A stretch of DNA of 64,000 bases, taken from NCBI GenBank assembly GCA_965228895.1, contig OZ245842.1:4000001-4064000 (forward strand), written 5' to 3'. Under the pieces are notes generated by a model. The model ran no database searches. It was not told where the DNA came from and was given only the letters and a program-made list of their open reading frames with translations. Source of the DNA: Alphaproteobacteria bacterium (GTDB taxonomy: Bacteria; Pseudomonadota; Alphaproteobacteria; SP197). Made by a program: the position numbers and the translations under genes. This document shows positions 30,778 through 39,284 of this stretch, one piece after another; within the stretch, counting starts at the first letter, position 1, and each line of letters starts with the position of its first letter.

Positions 30778-31383
30778 ATGCCCGCCGCCGAGCCTTGCCG
30801 GCTCTACCTGATTTCGCCAGCAGCGCTTGAGCCCGCGTCCTTTGCCGAGACGCTCGACGGCGTACTCGGCGCCGGCGATGTCGCGTGTTTTCGTCTGGAC
30901 ATCGACGGCGACGGCGACGCCATCGTGCAGGCCGCTGCGGCCCTGGTGCCTGTGTGCCAGGCGCATGACACGGCCCTGCTGCTGACCGACGCGTCAGGTT
31001 TGGTCGCACCGACCGGGGCCGACGGTGTCCACATGACCGGCTCGCTCGACGACATCCGCGAACAGTTGCCGGACGGCGCCATACTGGGCGCAGGCTGCGG
31101 CCTGTCGCGCCATGACGCGTTGGTCGCCGGCGATCTGGAGGCCGACTATGTCAGCTTCGGGCCGGCCGGTCCCGAGGCCGCCGAGATCATTGGCTGGTGG
31201 AACCAGATGGTGGTCCTGCCCAGCGTTGCCGAGGGCATCGGCTCGCTGGATGACGCCGCAATAATGGCCGGCTCGGGCGCTGACTTTCTGGGCCTGCGCG
31301 CGGTCGTATGGGATCATCCGGAGGACCCCGAAGCCGCGGTTGCGGCGTTCGACACCGCGATTGCCAAGTACCGGGACCACTGA
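30778..31383 (+). CDS. Thiamine phosphate synthase-like (ThiE/TenI fold), divergent
   Basis: [26 protein letters not shown]; lacks the TxTK loop. Confidence 0.75.
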   Translation: MPAAEPCRLYLISPAALEPASFAETLDGVLGAGDVACFRLDIDGDGDAIVQAAAALVPVCQAHDTALLLTDASGLVAPTGADGVHMTGSLDDIREQLPDGAILGAGCGLSRHDALVAGDLEADYVSFGPAGPEAAEIIGWWNQMVVLPSVAEGIGSLDDAAIMAGSGADFLGLRAVVWDHPEDPEAAVAAFDTAIAKYRDH

Positions 31384-31426
31384 TAGCTTCCGCGCCCGCA
31401 ACCAACCCATCCAGATAGGTCATTCG

Positions 31427-31993
31427 ATGAAGATCGACGGCAACGCGATCCGTCCAGGCAACGTGATCGAACACAAAGGCCGCCTGCTGGTCGCGACCAA
31501 GATCCAGCATACCCAGCCCGGCAAGGGCGGCGCCTACCTTCAGGTCGAACTGAAGGATATCCGCGACGGCACCAAGCTGAACGAGCGTTTCCGCTCATCG
31601 GAATCGGTCGAGCGGGTGCGCCTCTATGACAAGCCCTATCAGTACCTCTTTGCCGACGGCGATCTCTATACCTTCATGGATACGGAGACCTATGAGCAGA
31701 TCACCATCAACGGGGACATGCTGGGCGACCAGGCCGCCTATCTGCAGGACGGCATGATGGTGACGGTTCTGTCCTATGAAGACGAGCCGATCAGCATCGA
31801 ACTGCCGGAAACCGTGACACTGGAGATCACCGAGACCGAAGCGGTGGTCAAAGGCCAGACGGCCACCTCGTCCTATAAGCCCGCGACACTGGAGAACGGC
31901 CTGCGTGTCATGGTGCCGCCCCACGTCGAAGCCGGCACCCGCATCGTCGTCAGTACCGTCGACTCGACCTACCGCGAACGCGCGAAGGACTGA
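31427..31993 (+). CDS. efp: Elongation factor P
   Basis: [35 protein letters not shown]. Confidence 0.98.
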   Translation: MKIDGNAIRPGNVIEHKGRLLVATKIQHTQPGKGGAYLQVELKDIRDGTKLNERFRSSESVERVRLYDKPYQYLFADGDLYTFMDTETYEQITINGDMLGDQAAYLQDGMMVTVLSYEDEPISIELPETVTLEITETEAVVKGQTATSSYKPATLENGLRVMVPPHVEAGTRIVVSTVDSTYRERAKD

Positions 31994-32010
31994 GAGTGTT
32001 GATCTGTAGC

Positions 32011-32126
32011 GGCACCACCAGCCCACTCCCCCGCCCGGCCACCCCGAGGATGCTGCCATGGGTGGCCTCGGCGAAAACGCCTCTTGGCGTTTTGCCCCGG
32101 AGGCGGGGGAGTGGGCTGGCCCCGGT
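32011..32126. repeat. Palindromic REP/MITE-like element, copy 2 (loop inverted, extra internal hairpin)
   Basis: Same arms as 21243-21325; loop CGAGGATGCTGCCAT; insert containing GGCGAAAACGCC-TCTT-GGCGTTTTGCC at 32070-32096. Confidence 0.85.
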
Positions 32127-32154
32127 ACTGCGCCAGCGGGACGCGCACTAAACC

Positions 32155-32946
32155 ATGGCGCGCCGTTCCCCGTTGATCACCGTCATGGCCGCGGCCGCCG
32201 ACAAGGCGGCGCGCGCCCTTCTGCGCGACTTCAACGAGGTCGAGCACCTTCAGGTCAGCCGCAAGGGGCCGAACGACTTCGTCAGCGCCGCCGATATCCG
32301 CGCCGAACAGACACTGAAGGAAGAACTGGCGCGCGCCAGGCCCAAGTTCGGCTTTCTGATGGAAGAAAGCGGCGCCAGCGGCAGCAGCGAAGAAGGCCGC
32401 TGGATCGTCGATCCGCTCGACGGCACGCTCAACTTCCTGCATGCGCTACCCCATTTCTGTATCTCGATCGCGGCCGAACAGCATGGCGAGCTGGTCGCGG
32501 GTGTCGTCTTCGACCCCCTGCGCGACGAGACGTTTTGGGCCGAGAAGGGCCAGGGCGCCTATGTCAATCACCGCCGCCTCAGGGTCACCAACCGGGACAA
32601 GGTGGCGGAGTGCCTGATTGGCCACGGCCGCGCGGCAGCCGACGAAAAAGAGGCGGTCGACCGGTTCCTGACCCAGGTCAGCCGCGTCATGGCGCATACC
32701 CGCGATGTCCGGCGTCTGGGCGTCGCAGCGCTCGATCTCGCCTATGTCGCCGCCGGTCGTCTGGACGGTTTCTGGGAAGAAAAGCTCTTTCCCTGGGATA
32801 TCGCCGCCGGCGCCGTCCTGGTCCGCGAAGCCGGTGGCTACGTCAGCGGCGTCGACGGGCGTGATCTGGATCTCGAGCGCGGCGACGTTCTGGCCGCCAA
32901 CCCCCGGCTTCACGGCGTCTTACACAAGGTTTTGGCCGGTCACTGA
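32155..32946 (+). CDS. suhB: Inositol monophosphatase family protein SuhB
   Basis: DFVSAAD, WIVDPLDGTLNF, AALDLAYVAAGRLDGFWE, WDIAAG. Confidence 0.93.
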   Translation: MARRSPLITVMAAAADKAARALLRDFNEVEHLQVSRKGPNDFVSAADIRAEQTLKEELARARPKFGFLMEESGASGSSEEGRWIVDPLDGTLNFLHALPHFCISIAAEQHGELVAGVVFDPLRDETFWAEKGQGAYVNHRRLRVTNRDKVAECLIGHGRAAADEKEAVDRFLTQVSRVMAHTRDVRRLGVAALDLAYVAAGRLDGFWEEKLFPWDIAAGAVLVREAGGYVSGVDGRDLDLERGDVLAANPRLHGVLHKVLAGH

Positions 32947-33072
32947 CGCATTGCCGCCCCAATCGGCTGTAACCGTGCCGTTGTTGTTCGCAGGCAAGAC
33001 GATGGTCTATGGTGCGGGCAACCCGACAGGCGGTTGAAACTGGCGATCAGGCACCCGAGCGACACCTTGAGC

Positions 33073-34092
33073 ATGCTCCTTATTCCACACCGACTTCGAA
33101 CGCCGCTGAAAACCGCGGGCTTGGCGCTCGCCATGGCCGTACCGGCGGCCGCCCAGGCGCAGGAGACGGTGATCGTCGGCGAAACGACCAAACCGGCGGT
33201 CGAGATCAATCTGGGCGTCCTGGACAGCCTGGCGCCGGCGCCGGCCAACCCCTACCCGACACTCGATGAACCGGCTGTGTCGGCCGATCAAGGCAGCGTG
33301 CTGTTGATTGCGCCGTCGGATGGCTACGCGCCCAACCTGGTCGCCCCGTCAAGCGACACCTTCGCCATGCCCTCGGCCAGCGCCGAGATACCGCCATTGC
33401 CGGAAGCCTCGCCCGACAATGACGGCGCGCTGGCGCCGGAGGTCGTGCAAACAACCGTGACCGAAACCGCCGAGACGACAACCGCCGTCGTCGAGGAAAC
33501 AGTCGCCGAGGAGACCATGGTCGAAGAAACCATGGTTCAGGAACCCGTGGTTGAGGAGACGGTTACGGAGAGTGTCGAGCCAACCGAACTTGTCGCGGCA
33601 GCCGCGACGACCGATAGCGCGGCCGGCGACCTGGGCGGCGATGACAGCGATCCGTTCGCGGAAATCGAAGAAATGCTGAGCGAAGCCGAACAGGCCGACG
33701 AGGTCGTCGTGCCGGAGCCTGAAACAACGGTCGAAGAAACCGTTGTCGCCGCCGTGCCGGCCGAAAGCGAGGAGCCCGCCGGCGAAACCTTGCAGCTCCT
33801 GTTCCAACCCGGCGAAGAAGCGCTAAGCGACAGCGACAGGTCGGCACTGTCCGCGCTGGCGGACGACCTTGCGTCAGACGAGAACCAACGCATTCAATTG
33901 CGCGCCTATGCCTCGGCCCAGGACGGCACGTCCAGCATGGCGCGCCGGCTCGCCTTGTCACGCGCACTGGAGGTCAGGAAGTTCCTGATCGATAACGGGG
34001 TGCGCAGCACGCGCATCGACGTGCGCGCGCTCGGCGACAACGCGGAGTCCGGCCCGCTTGATCGCATCGACATCGTCCTGGTCGAACGTTGA
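33073..34092 (+). CDS. Secreted protein with acidic low-complexity linker and C-terminal OmpA-like domain
   Basis: Signal peptide ...AMAVPAAAQA; Glu/Thr/Val-rich middle; LRAYAS...ARRLALSRALEVRKFL...RIDVRALG; start uncertain (33034 or 33073). Confidence 0.75.
   Translation: MLLIPHRLRTPLKTAGLALAMAVPAAAQAQETVIVGETTKPAVEINLGVLDSLAPAPANPYPTLDEPAVSADQGSVLLIAPSDGYAPNLVAPSSDTFAMPSASAEIPPLPEASPDNDGALAPEVVQTTVTETAETTTAVVEETVAEETMVEETMVQEPVVEETVTESVEPTELVAAAATTDSAAGDLGGDDSDPFAEIEEMLSEAEQADEVVVPEPETTVEETVVAAVPAESEEPAGETLQLLFQPGEEALSDSDRSALSALADDLASDENQRIQLRAYASAQDGTSSMARRLALSRALEVRKFLIDNGVRSTRIDVRALGDNAESGPLDRIDIVLVER
33490..33564 (+). repeat. Degenerate 15-bp coding tandem repeat, 5 units (VEETV/AEETM/VEETM/VQEPV/VEETV)
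   Basis: gtcgaggaaacagtc gccgaggagaccatg gtcgaagaaaccatg gttcaggaacccgtg gttgaggagacggtt. Confidence 0.6.
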
Positions 34093-34156
34093 GGCGTTTG
34101 CGCGCACCATGCGGTTTCGCCTCTCAGCAACGTTTGCCTGACCGCCCCCGCCAGCG

Positions 34157-35299
34157 ATGACCCGTCCGACCCAATACCTTCTGCGCATGGCGATCTTCCT
34201 GGTCCTGGTCGCCGGTGTTGTCGTGCTGCTGCTTGGCTCATTCCTTGACGCGTTCCAGGCTAACTCGGCGCTTAACGGTCTGATCATTGGCGTCATGCTG
34301 CTCGGCATCATCTACATCTTCCGCCAGGTGCAGATGCTGTCGCCGGAGGTCGAGTGGATCGAGGGTTACCGCACCAACCGGCCAGGCCTCTCGACGCGCC
34401 AGCCGCCACGGCTTGTGTCGCCCATGGCGACCATGCTGGGCGAGAGCCAGAGCCGGGTCAGCCTGTCGACGCTCTCCATGCGTTCGATCCTGGACAGCAT
34501 CGGCTCACGTCTCGATGAATCGCGTGAGCTGTCGCGCTACCTCATCGCGCTGCTGATCTTTCTGGGTCTGCTCGGCACGTTCTGGGGCCTCCTGCAAACG
34601 ATTGGCGCGGTCGGCGATGTGGTTGGCGGCCTGTCGATTGCCGAAGGCGGTGATGTCGCCAACCTGTTCGGCGACCTGAAAGAAGGCCTCGCCGCGCCGC
34701 TATCGGGCATGGGCACAGCGTTCAGCTCCTCGCTGTTCGGTCTGGCCGGCTCGCTGGTGTTGGGTTTCCTGGACCTGCAGGCGAACCAGGCGCAGAACCG
34801 CTTCTATAACGAACTTGAGGAATGGCTGAGCTCGATCACGCGGCTGCAATCGGGCGCCGGCCTGATCGAGACCGATCAGTCAGTGCCGGCCTATGTCAGT
34901 GCGTTGCTGGAACAGACCGCCGACAGTCTGGACCGCCTGCAGCGTACCTTGACCCGGGGCGAGGAGAGCCGCCACGCCGCTGATCAGAATCTCGCCGCGC
35001 TATCGGATCAATTGGCGACGATGTCGGATCAGATGCGCAGCGAACAGGCGTTGATGGTGAAGCTGGTCGAAGGCCAGATCGACATGAAACCGGTGCTTGA
35101 GCGGCTGACCAATGTCAGCCAGCAGACCGGCGCGCTCGACGAAGCCAGCCGCGCCCATCTGCGCAACATGGATGTCCTGATGAGCCGCCTGCTCGAAGAG
35201 ACGGTCGCCAGCCGCAACCAGCTTGCCGACGAAATCCGCAGCGAGATCAAGCTGTTGGCCCGCACCATCGCGGCGGCCGGCAACCAGCAGAAAGGCTAG
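34157..35299 (+). CDS. MotA/TolQ/ExbB-family membrane protein with helical C-terminal tail
   Basis: LIFLGLLGTFWGL and GMGTAFSSSLFGLAGS channel helices; ~165-aa heptad-rich tail. Confidence 0.88.
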   Translation: MTRPTQYLLRMAIFLVLVAGVVVLLLGSFLDAFQANSALNGLIIGVMLLGIIYIFRQVQMLSPEVEWIEGYRTNRPGLSTRQPPRLVSPMATMLGESQSRVSLSTLSMRSILDSIGSRLDESRELSRYLIALLIFLGLLGTFWGLLQTIGAVGDVVGGLSIAEGGDVANLFGDLKEGLAAPLSGMGTAFSSSLFGLAGSLVLGFLDLQANQAQNRFYNELEEWLSSITRLQSGAGLIETDQSVPAYVSALLEQTADSLDRLQRTLTRGEESRHAADQNLAALSDQLATMSDQMRSEQALMVKLVEGQIDMKPVLERLTNVSQQTGALDEASRAHLRNMDVLMSRLLEETVASRNQLADEIRSEIKLLARTIAAAGNQQKG

Positions 35300-35374
35300 G
35301 CGGCGCCCATGACAGCGCTGTCACGGCTGTCCCGCGTCAACCACCACCCGCGCCCCTTGGGCGGCGGCTAAGCC

Positions 35375-36823
35375 ATGGCGATGCGCACACGGCGTGGCGG
35401 CACCACAACCGGCGACATCTGGCCCGGCTTCGTCGACGCGCTGTCGGCGCTTTTGATGGTGCTGATCTTCGTCCTCGTCGCCTTCATGCTCGCCCAGTTC
35501 TTCTTGAACGTCGCGATATCCGGGCGCGACGAGGCACTGGCCCGCCTGGAGTCCGAGATTTCCCAGCTTTCCGACATGCTGGCGCTGGAGCGGCAATCCA
35601 ATGCCGATCTCAGGCTCAGTGTCGCGCAACTTTCCGCCGAACTGCAGACGGCCAATAGTGCGCGCGACCAGTCGGACGCCGCACTGGCGGCGCTCTATCT
35701 GGAGCGTGATGGGCTGCTGGCAAGCTTGTCACAGGTGACCGAACAAGCCGAACTGGCCGAGGCCGATCTGGCTGACGCGATGGCCGAGATCACCATCGGC
35801 GAAGAAACTCTTGAACTCAAACTCGCCGAAATCGCCAGCCTGCAGCGCGATATCGTTGCCTTGACCGAAACCCGCGCGAGTCTGGAAGACGAGGTCGCGC
35901 GCATGGTGCTGTTGCTGGAGGAAGCGCGCGAGGATCAGGCGCGTACCGCCGAAGCGCTCGACGAAACCGAAGCCGAGGTCGCCGCCAGCCAAGAACGGAT
36001 TGACGCCCTGCTCGCCGACCTCACCGCCGAGCGCGACCGGACCATGGCGCTGGAGGCCGACATCGCATCCGCCGACGAGCGGACCGTGCTGGCCCAACGT
36101 GAACTGGAAGAGCGCGACATCCGACTCGCCGAACTGACCGCCGCCGTCACCATGACGGAGGAGGAGATCAAACAGGCAGAGGCCATCTCCGAGCGCCGTC
36201 TCAACCAGATCAGCCTGCTTAACCAGCAACTCCAGGCGCTCCGCCAGCAGATCGCCGCCCTGAACCAGGCCCTGGAAGCTTCCGAGGCCCAGGCCGAGGC
36301 TGACGCCGTGCAAATCGCCGATCTCGGCCAGCGGCTCAACGCCGCTCTGGCGGCCAAGGTTCAGGAACTCGCGCAGTACCGCAGCGAGTTCTTCGAAAAA
36401 CTGATCAACGCGCTGGGCAACCGGCCGGACATCCGCGTCGTCGGCGACCGTTTCGTTCTGCAATCCGAGCTTCTGTTCGACAGCGGCAGCGCGGAGATCG
36501 CGCCCGAAGGCCAGGCCGAGCTCGACAAGATCGCCAACCTGATCATTGAGCTGACGCAAGACATCCCGAGCGACGTCAAGTGGATCCTGCGCGTCGACGG
36601 CCATACCGACCGGGTGCCCATTGCAACCGCGCTCTATCCATCGAACTGGGAACTCAGCACGGCGCGCGCCACCGCGGTCGTGCGTTACCTGATCAGCCAC
36701 GGCGTGCCGTCCAACCGGCTGGCCGCCACCGGCTTCGGCGAGTACCAGCCGATCGATCCAGCCAATGACGAGATCGCGCTGCGGCGCAACCGCCGCATCG
36801 AGTTCAAGCTGACTGAACAGTAA
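35375..36823 (+). CDS. MotB/OmpA-family peptidoglycan-binding protein with long coiled coil
   Basis: N-terminal TM WPGFVDALSALLM with conserved Asp; coiled coil; VDGHTD, NWELSTARA, NRRIEFKL. Confidence 0.9.
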   Translation: MAMRTRRGGTTTGDIWPGFVDALSALLMVLIFVLVAFMLAQFFLNVAISGRDEALARLESEISQLSDMLALERQSNADLRLSVAQLSAELQTANSARDQSDAALAALYLERDGLLASLSQVTEQAELAEADLADAMAEITIGEETLELKLAEIASLQRDIVALTETRASLEDEVARMVLLLEEAREDQARTAEALDETEAEVAASQERIDALLADLTAERDRTMALEADIASADERTVLAQRELEERDIRLAELTAAVTMTEEEIKQAEAISERRLNQISLLNQQLQALRQQIAALNQALEASEAQAEADAVQIADLGQRLNAALAAKVQELAQYRSEFFEKLINALGNRPDIRVVGDRFVLQSELLFDSGSAEIAPEGQAELDKIANLIIELTQDIPSDVKWILRVDGHTDRVPIATALYPSNWELSTARATAVVRYLISHGVPSNRLAATGFGEYQPIDPANDEIALRRNRRIEFKLTEQ

Positions 36824-36833
36824 GGAACTTGCT

Positions 36834-37694
36834 TTAGGCTCGCGCCGTCACAATCCAGGTAGCGGCGCTCAAACGCAACGCCTGGCCGTCGTGATGGGAA
36901 GCCAGGGCGTCGCGGATCTCGTCGATCGCCCGTTCCCGCACGTCGCCCTCAGCCTCGTCCAACAGCCGCGATACCGGCCCCATGGTGGCGACAAACTCGG
37001 TGACTTCATCCAGGCTGCCGATATTGCGCACCTTTGTGTCGTAACGTTCAAGGACGATGCCGTGAAAGCCGGCGTCACGCAGGATGTCGGTGACCTTGTC
37101 GGCGCTGGCAAAGGCAAACGGACCGGGCTCGTCAGGGTTGATCGGTTCGGGCGCCGGCAGATGTTTGAGTGCAGCTTCGCGCGGCAGGCTGACCCACATG
37201 TTCTGGTCAAGTCCCCGCCAACACACAAAACCAAGCCGGCCGACCGGGCCAAGGGCCGACCTCAGGTTGGCGAAGGCGTCGACGGGGTTGCGGAAGAACA
37301 TGACGCCGAAGCGCGAGAACACGACATCGGTTGCTTCAGGTTCGAAACCAAAGGCCGACGCATCCGCCATGGCGAACCGAAGGTTGCCGAGCGCGGCATC
37401 GCCGAGCCGCTCGCCGGCGCGCTGCAGCATGGGCGCGGAGACATCGACGCCCAGAACGCTGCCCATCGGCCCGACACGCGACGCCAGCTCGAACGACGTA
37501 TCGCCACAGCCGCAGCCGACATCGACAACGTGGTCGCCCGGCTTCAGGTCGACGGCCTCCATGGCCGCCTTGCCGAACGGCGCCAGCATGACGTCCAGTT
37601 TGTCCTGGCCCGCGGCCCATTTCTCACCGGTTTGACCACTCCAGTAGTCGACCTGGTCGGCATTGACATCCGCCACGGAAACCTGCTGATCCAT
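36834..37694 (-). CDS. Class I SAM-dependent methyltransferase
   Basis: VVDVGCGCG, GVDVSAPML, SRFGVMFF, PGPFAFA. Confidence 0.9.
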   Translation of the reverse strand: MDQQVSVADVNADQVDYWSGQTGEKWAAGQDKLDVMLAPFGKAAMEAVDLKPGDHVVDVGCGCGDTSFELASRVGPMGSVLGVDVSAPMLQRAGERLGDAALGNLRFAMADASAFGFEPEATDVVFSRFGVMFFRNPVDAFANLRSALGPVGRLGFVCWRGLDQNMWVSLPREAALKHLPAPEPINPDEPGPFAFASADKVTDILRDAGFHGIVLERYDTKVRNIGSLDEVTEFVATMGPVSRLLDEAEGDVRERAIDEIRDALASHHDGQALRLSAATWIVTARA

Positions 37695-37816
37695 TGTCTT
37701 CCCCAACATGGTGTCGCGCCGATCGGCGCGCTCTATTCGGTGATGGTTCGAACGGAATCATGTCATTAGCATGGCTGATACCATTGACCCGTTCATTTTC
37801 GTGCGAGGACAAGATC

Positions 37817-39277
37817 GTGCGCCTATTCGCCGCCGGACTCGGCACCGAAACCAACACATTTGCACCCTTTCCCACGTCGCGTGCCGGCTTCGAGGCCGGC
37901 GAATTCTTTCCGCCCGGCACCCATCCCGACGAACCCAGTTTTTCCGGCGCGCCGCTATGGGCCGCGCGCCGCCGCGCCCGTGGGAACAATTGGGTCGTGG
38001 TCGAGGGGCTGTGCACCATGGCGGAGCCGTCGGGCATCACTGTGCGTTCGGCCTATGAATCCCTGCGCGACGAGATCCTCGATCAACTGAAGGCTGCCCT
38101 GCCGGTCGACGTCGTCGCCCTTGGCATGCATGGCGCGATGGTGGCGGAAGGATACGACGATTGCGAAGGCGACCTTCTGGCATGCGTGCGCGAGGTGGTC
38201 GGTCCGGACGTCGCGGTCGGCGCGGAGCTCGACCTGCACTGTCACATCACCGAGAAGATGATCGCCGCGGCCGATATCCTGATCACCTACAAAGAATATC
38301 CGCACACCGACAGCACCGCGCGTGCCGAGGAGCTGATCGAGCTTCTGGTTCGGACCGCCAGCGGCGACGTGCGACCGCATATGTCGCTCTATGACTGCGG
38401 CATGATCGGCATCATGCACACGCCGCGCGAGCCCATGCGGTCTTATGTCGACCGTGCCGCCGCCCTGGAAGGCAAGGATGGTGTCCTGTCCGTTTCGATC
38501 GGCCATGGTTTCCCTTGGGGCGATGTCGCGGACATGGGAAGCCGTGTGCTTGTGATTACCGATGATGCCGCTGACAAGGGTGACAACCTCGCCTGCACGC
38601 TGGGCGAGGAACTCGTCGCCATGCGCGACAACACCGCACCGCAGCCGCTTCCTATCGACGATGCCTTGGATGCCGCGCTCGCCAGCGCAGCCAAGCCCGT
38701 CGTGCTGGCCGATGTCTCCGACAACGCGGGCGGCGGCGCGCCCGGCGACTCGACCTTTCTGATCGACGCGCTGCGCAAGCGGAACATCGGCAACACAGCC
38801 GTCGGACCCCTATGGGATCCGATCGCCGTGGCGACCTGTTTCGATGCCGGCGAAGGCGCCAACCTGCCGCTTCGTTTCGGCGGCAAGATGTGTCCACTCT
38901 CGGGGCAGCCTGTCGATGCCGAGGTCACTGTCGGCGCGCTGACACGCCAGGCCGTCCAGCATTTGGGCGACACGCCATCGCCGCTGGGCGACTGCGCCGC
39001 CATCCATTTCGACGGCATCTCGGTCGTGTTGACCAGTATTCGGACCCAGGCCTATAGCCCCGATCTCTTCACCCAGGTCGGCATCGACCCCGCGGCGCTC
39101 GACATCGTCATCGTCAAGTCGACCCAGCACTTCTATACGGCCTTCGCACCGCTTGCCGCCGAGGTCATCTATGTCGCGGCGCCGGGTGTCGTCGCGCCCG
39201 ACTTCACCGCCCTCACCTACACGAAGATCGCCCGGCCCAAGTGGCCGTTCGACGAAATCGACACACCGCAAGGTTAG
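37817..39277 (+). CDS. M81 family metallopeptidase (MlrC-like)
   Basis: ETNTF, MHGAMVA, DCEGD, LDLHCH, YKEYPHTD, DNAGGGAPGD, VKSTQHF; GTG start with GAGG RBS. Confidence 0.92.
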   Translation: MRLFAAGLGTETNTFAPFPTSRAGFEAGEFFPPGTHPDEPSFSGAPLWAARRRARGNNWVVVEGLCTMAEPSGITVRSAYESLRDEILDQLKAALPVDVVALGMHGAMVAEGYDDCEGDLLACVREVVGPDVAVGAELDLHCHITEKMIAAADILITYKEYPHTDSTARAEELIELLVRTASGDVRPHMSLYDCGMIGIMHTPREPMRSYVDRAAALEGKDGVLSVSIGHGFPWGDVADMGSRVLVITDDAADKGDNLACTLGEELVAMRDNTAPQPLPIDDALDAALASAAKPVVLADVSDNAGGGAPGDSTFLIDALRKRNIGNTAVGPLWDPIAVATCFDAGEGANLPLRFGGKMCPLSGQPVDAEVTVGALTRQAVQHLGDTPSPLGDCAAIHFDGISVVLTSIRTQAYSPDLFTQVGIDPAALDIVIVKSTQHFYTAFAPLAAEVIYVAAPGVVAPDFTALTYTKIARPKWPFDEIDTPQG

Positions 39278-39284
39278 TTGCGCC

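Noticed and set aside
34157-36823. Complete Zorya anti-phage system
   Set aside because: No zorC/zorD/zorE-like helicase or nuclease is adjacent, the context is housekeeping (efp-suhB), and the long coil is in the B subunit rather than the A subunit; kept only as an architectural analogy
37817-39277. Microcystin degradation (mlr) cluster
   Set aside because: Only an MlrC-family gene; no mlrA, mlrB or mlrD adjacent; the family is widespread
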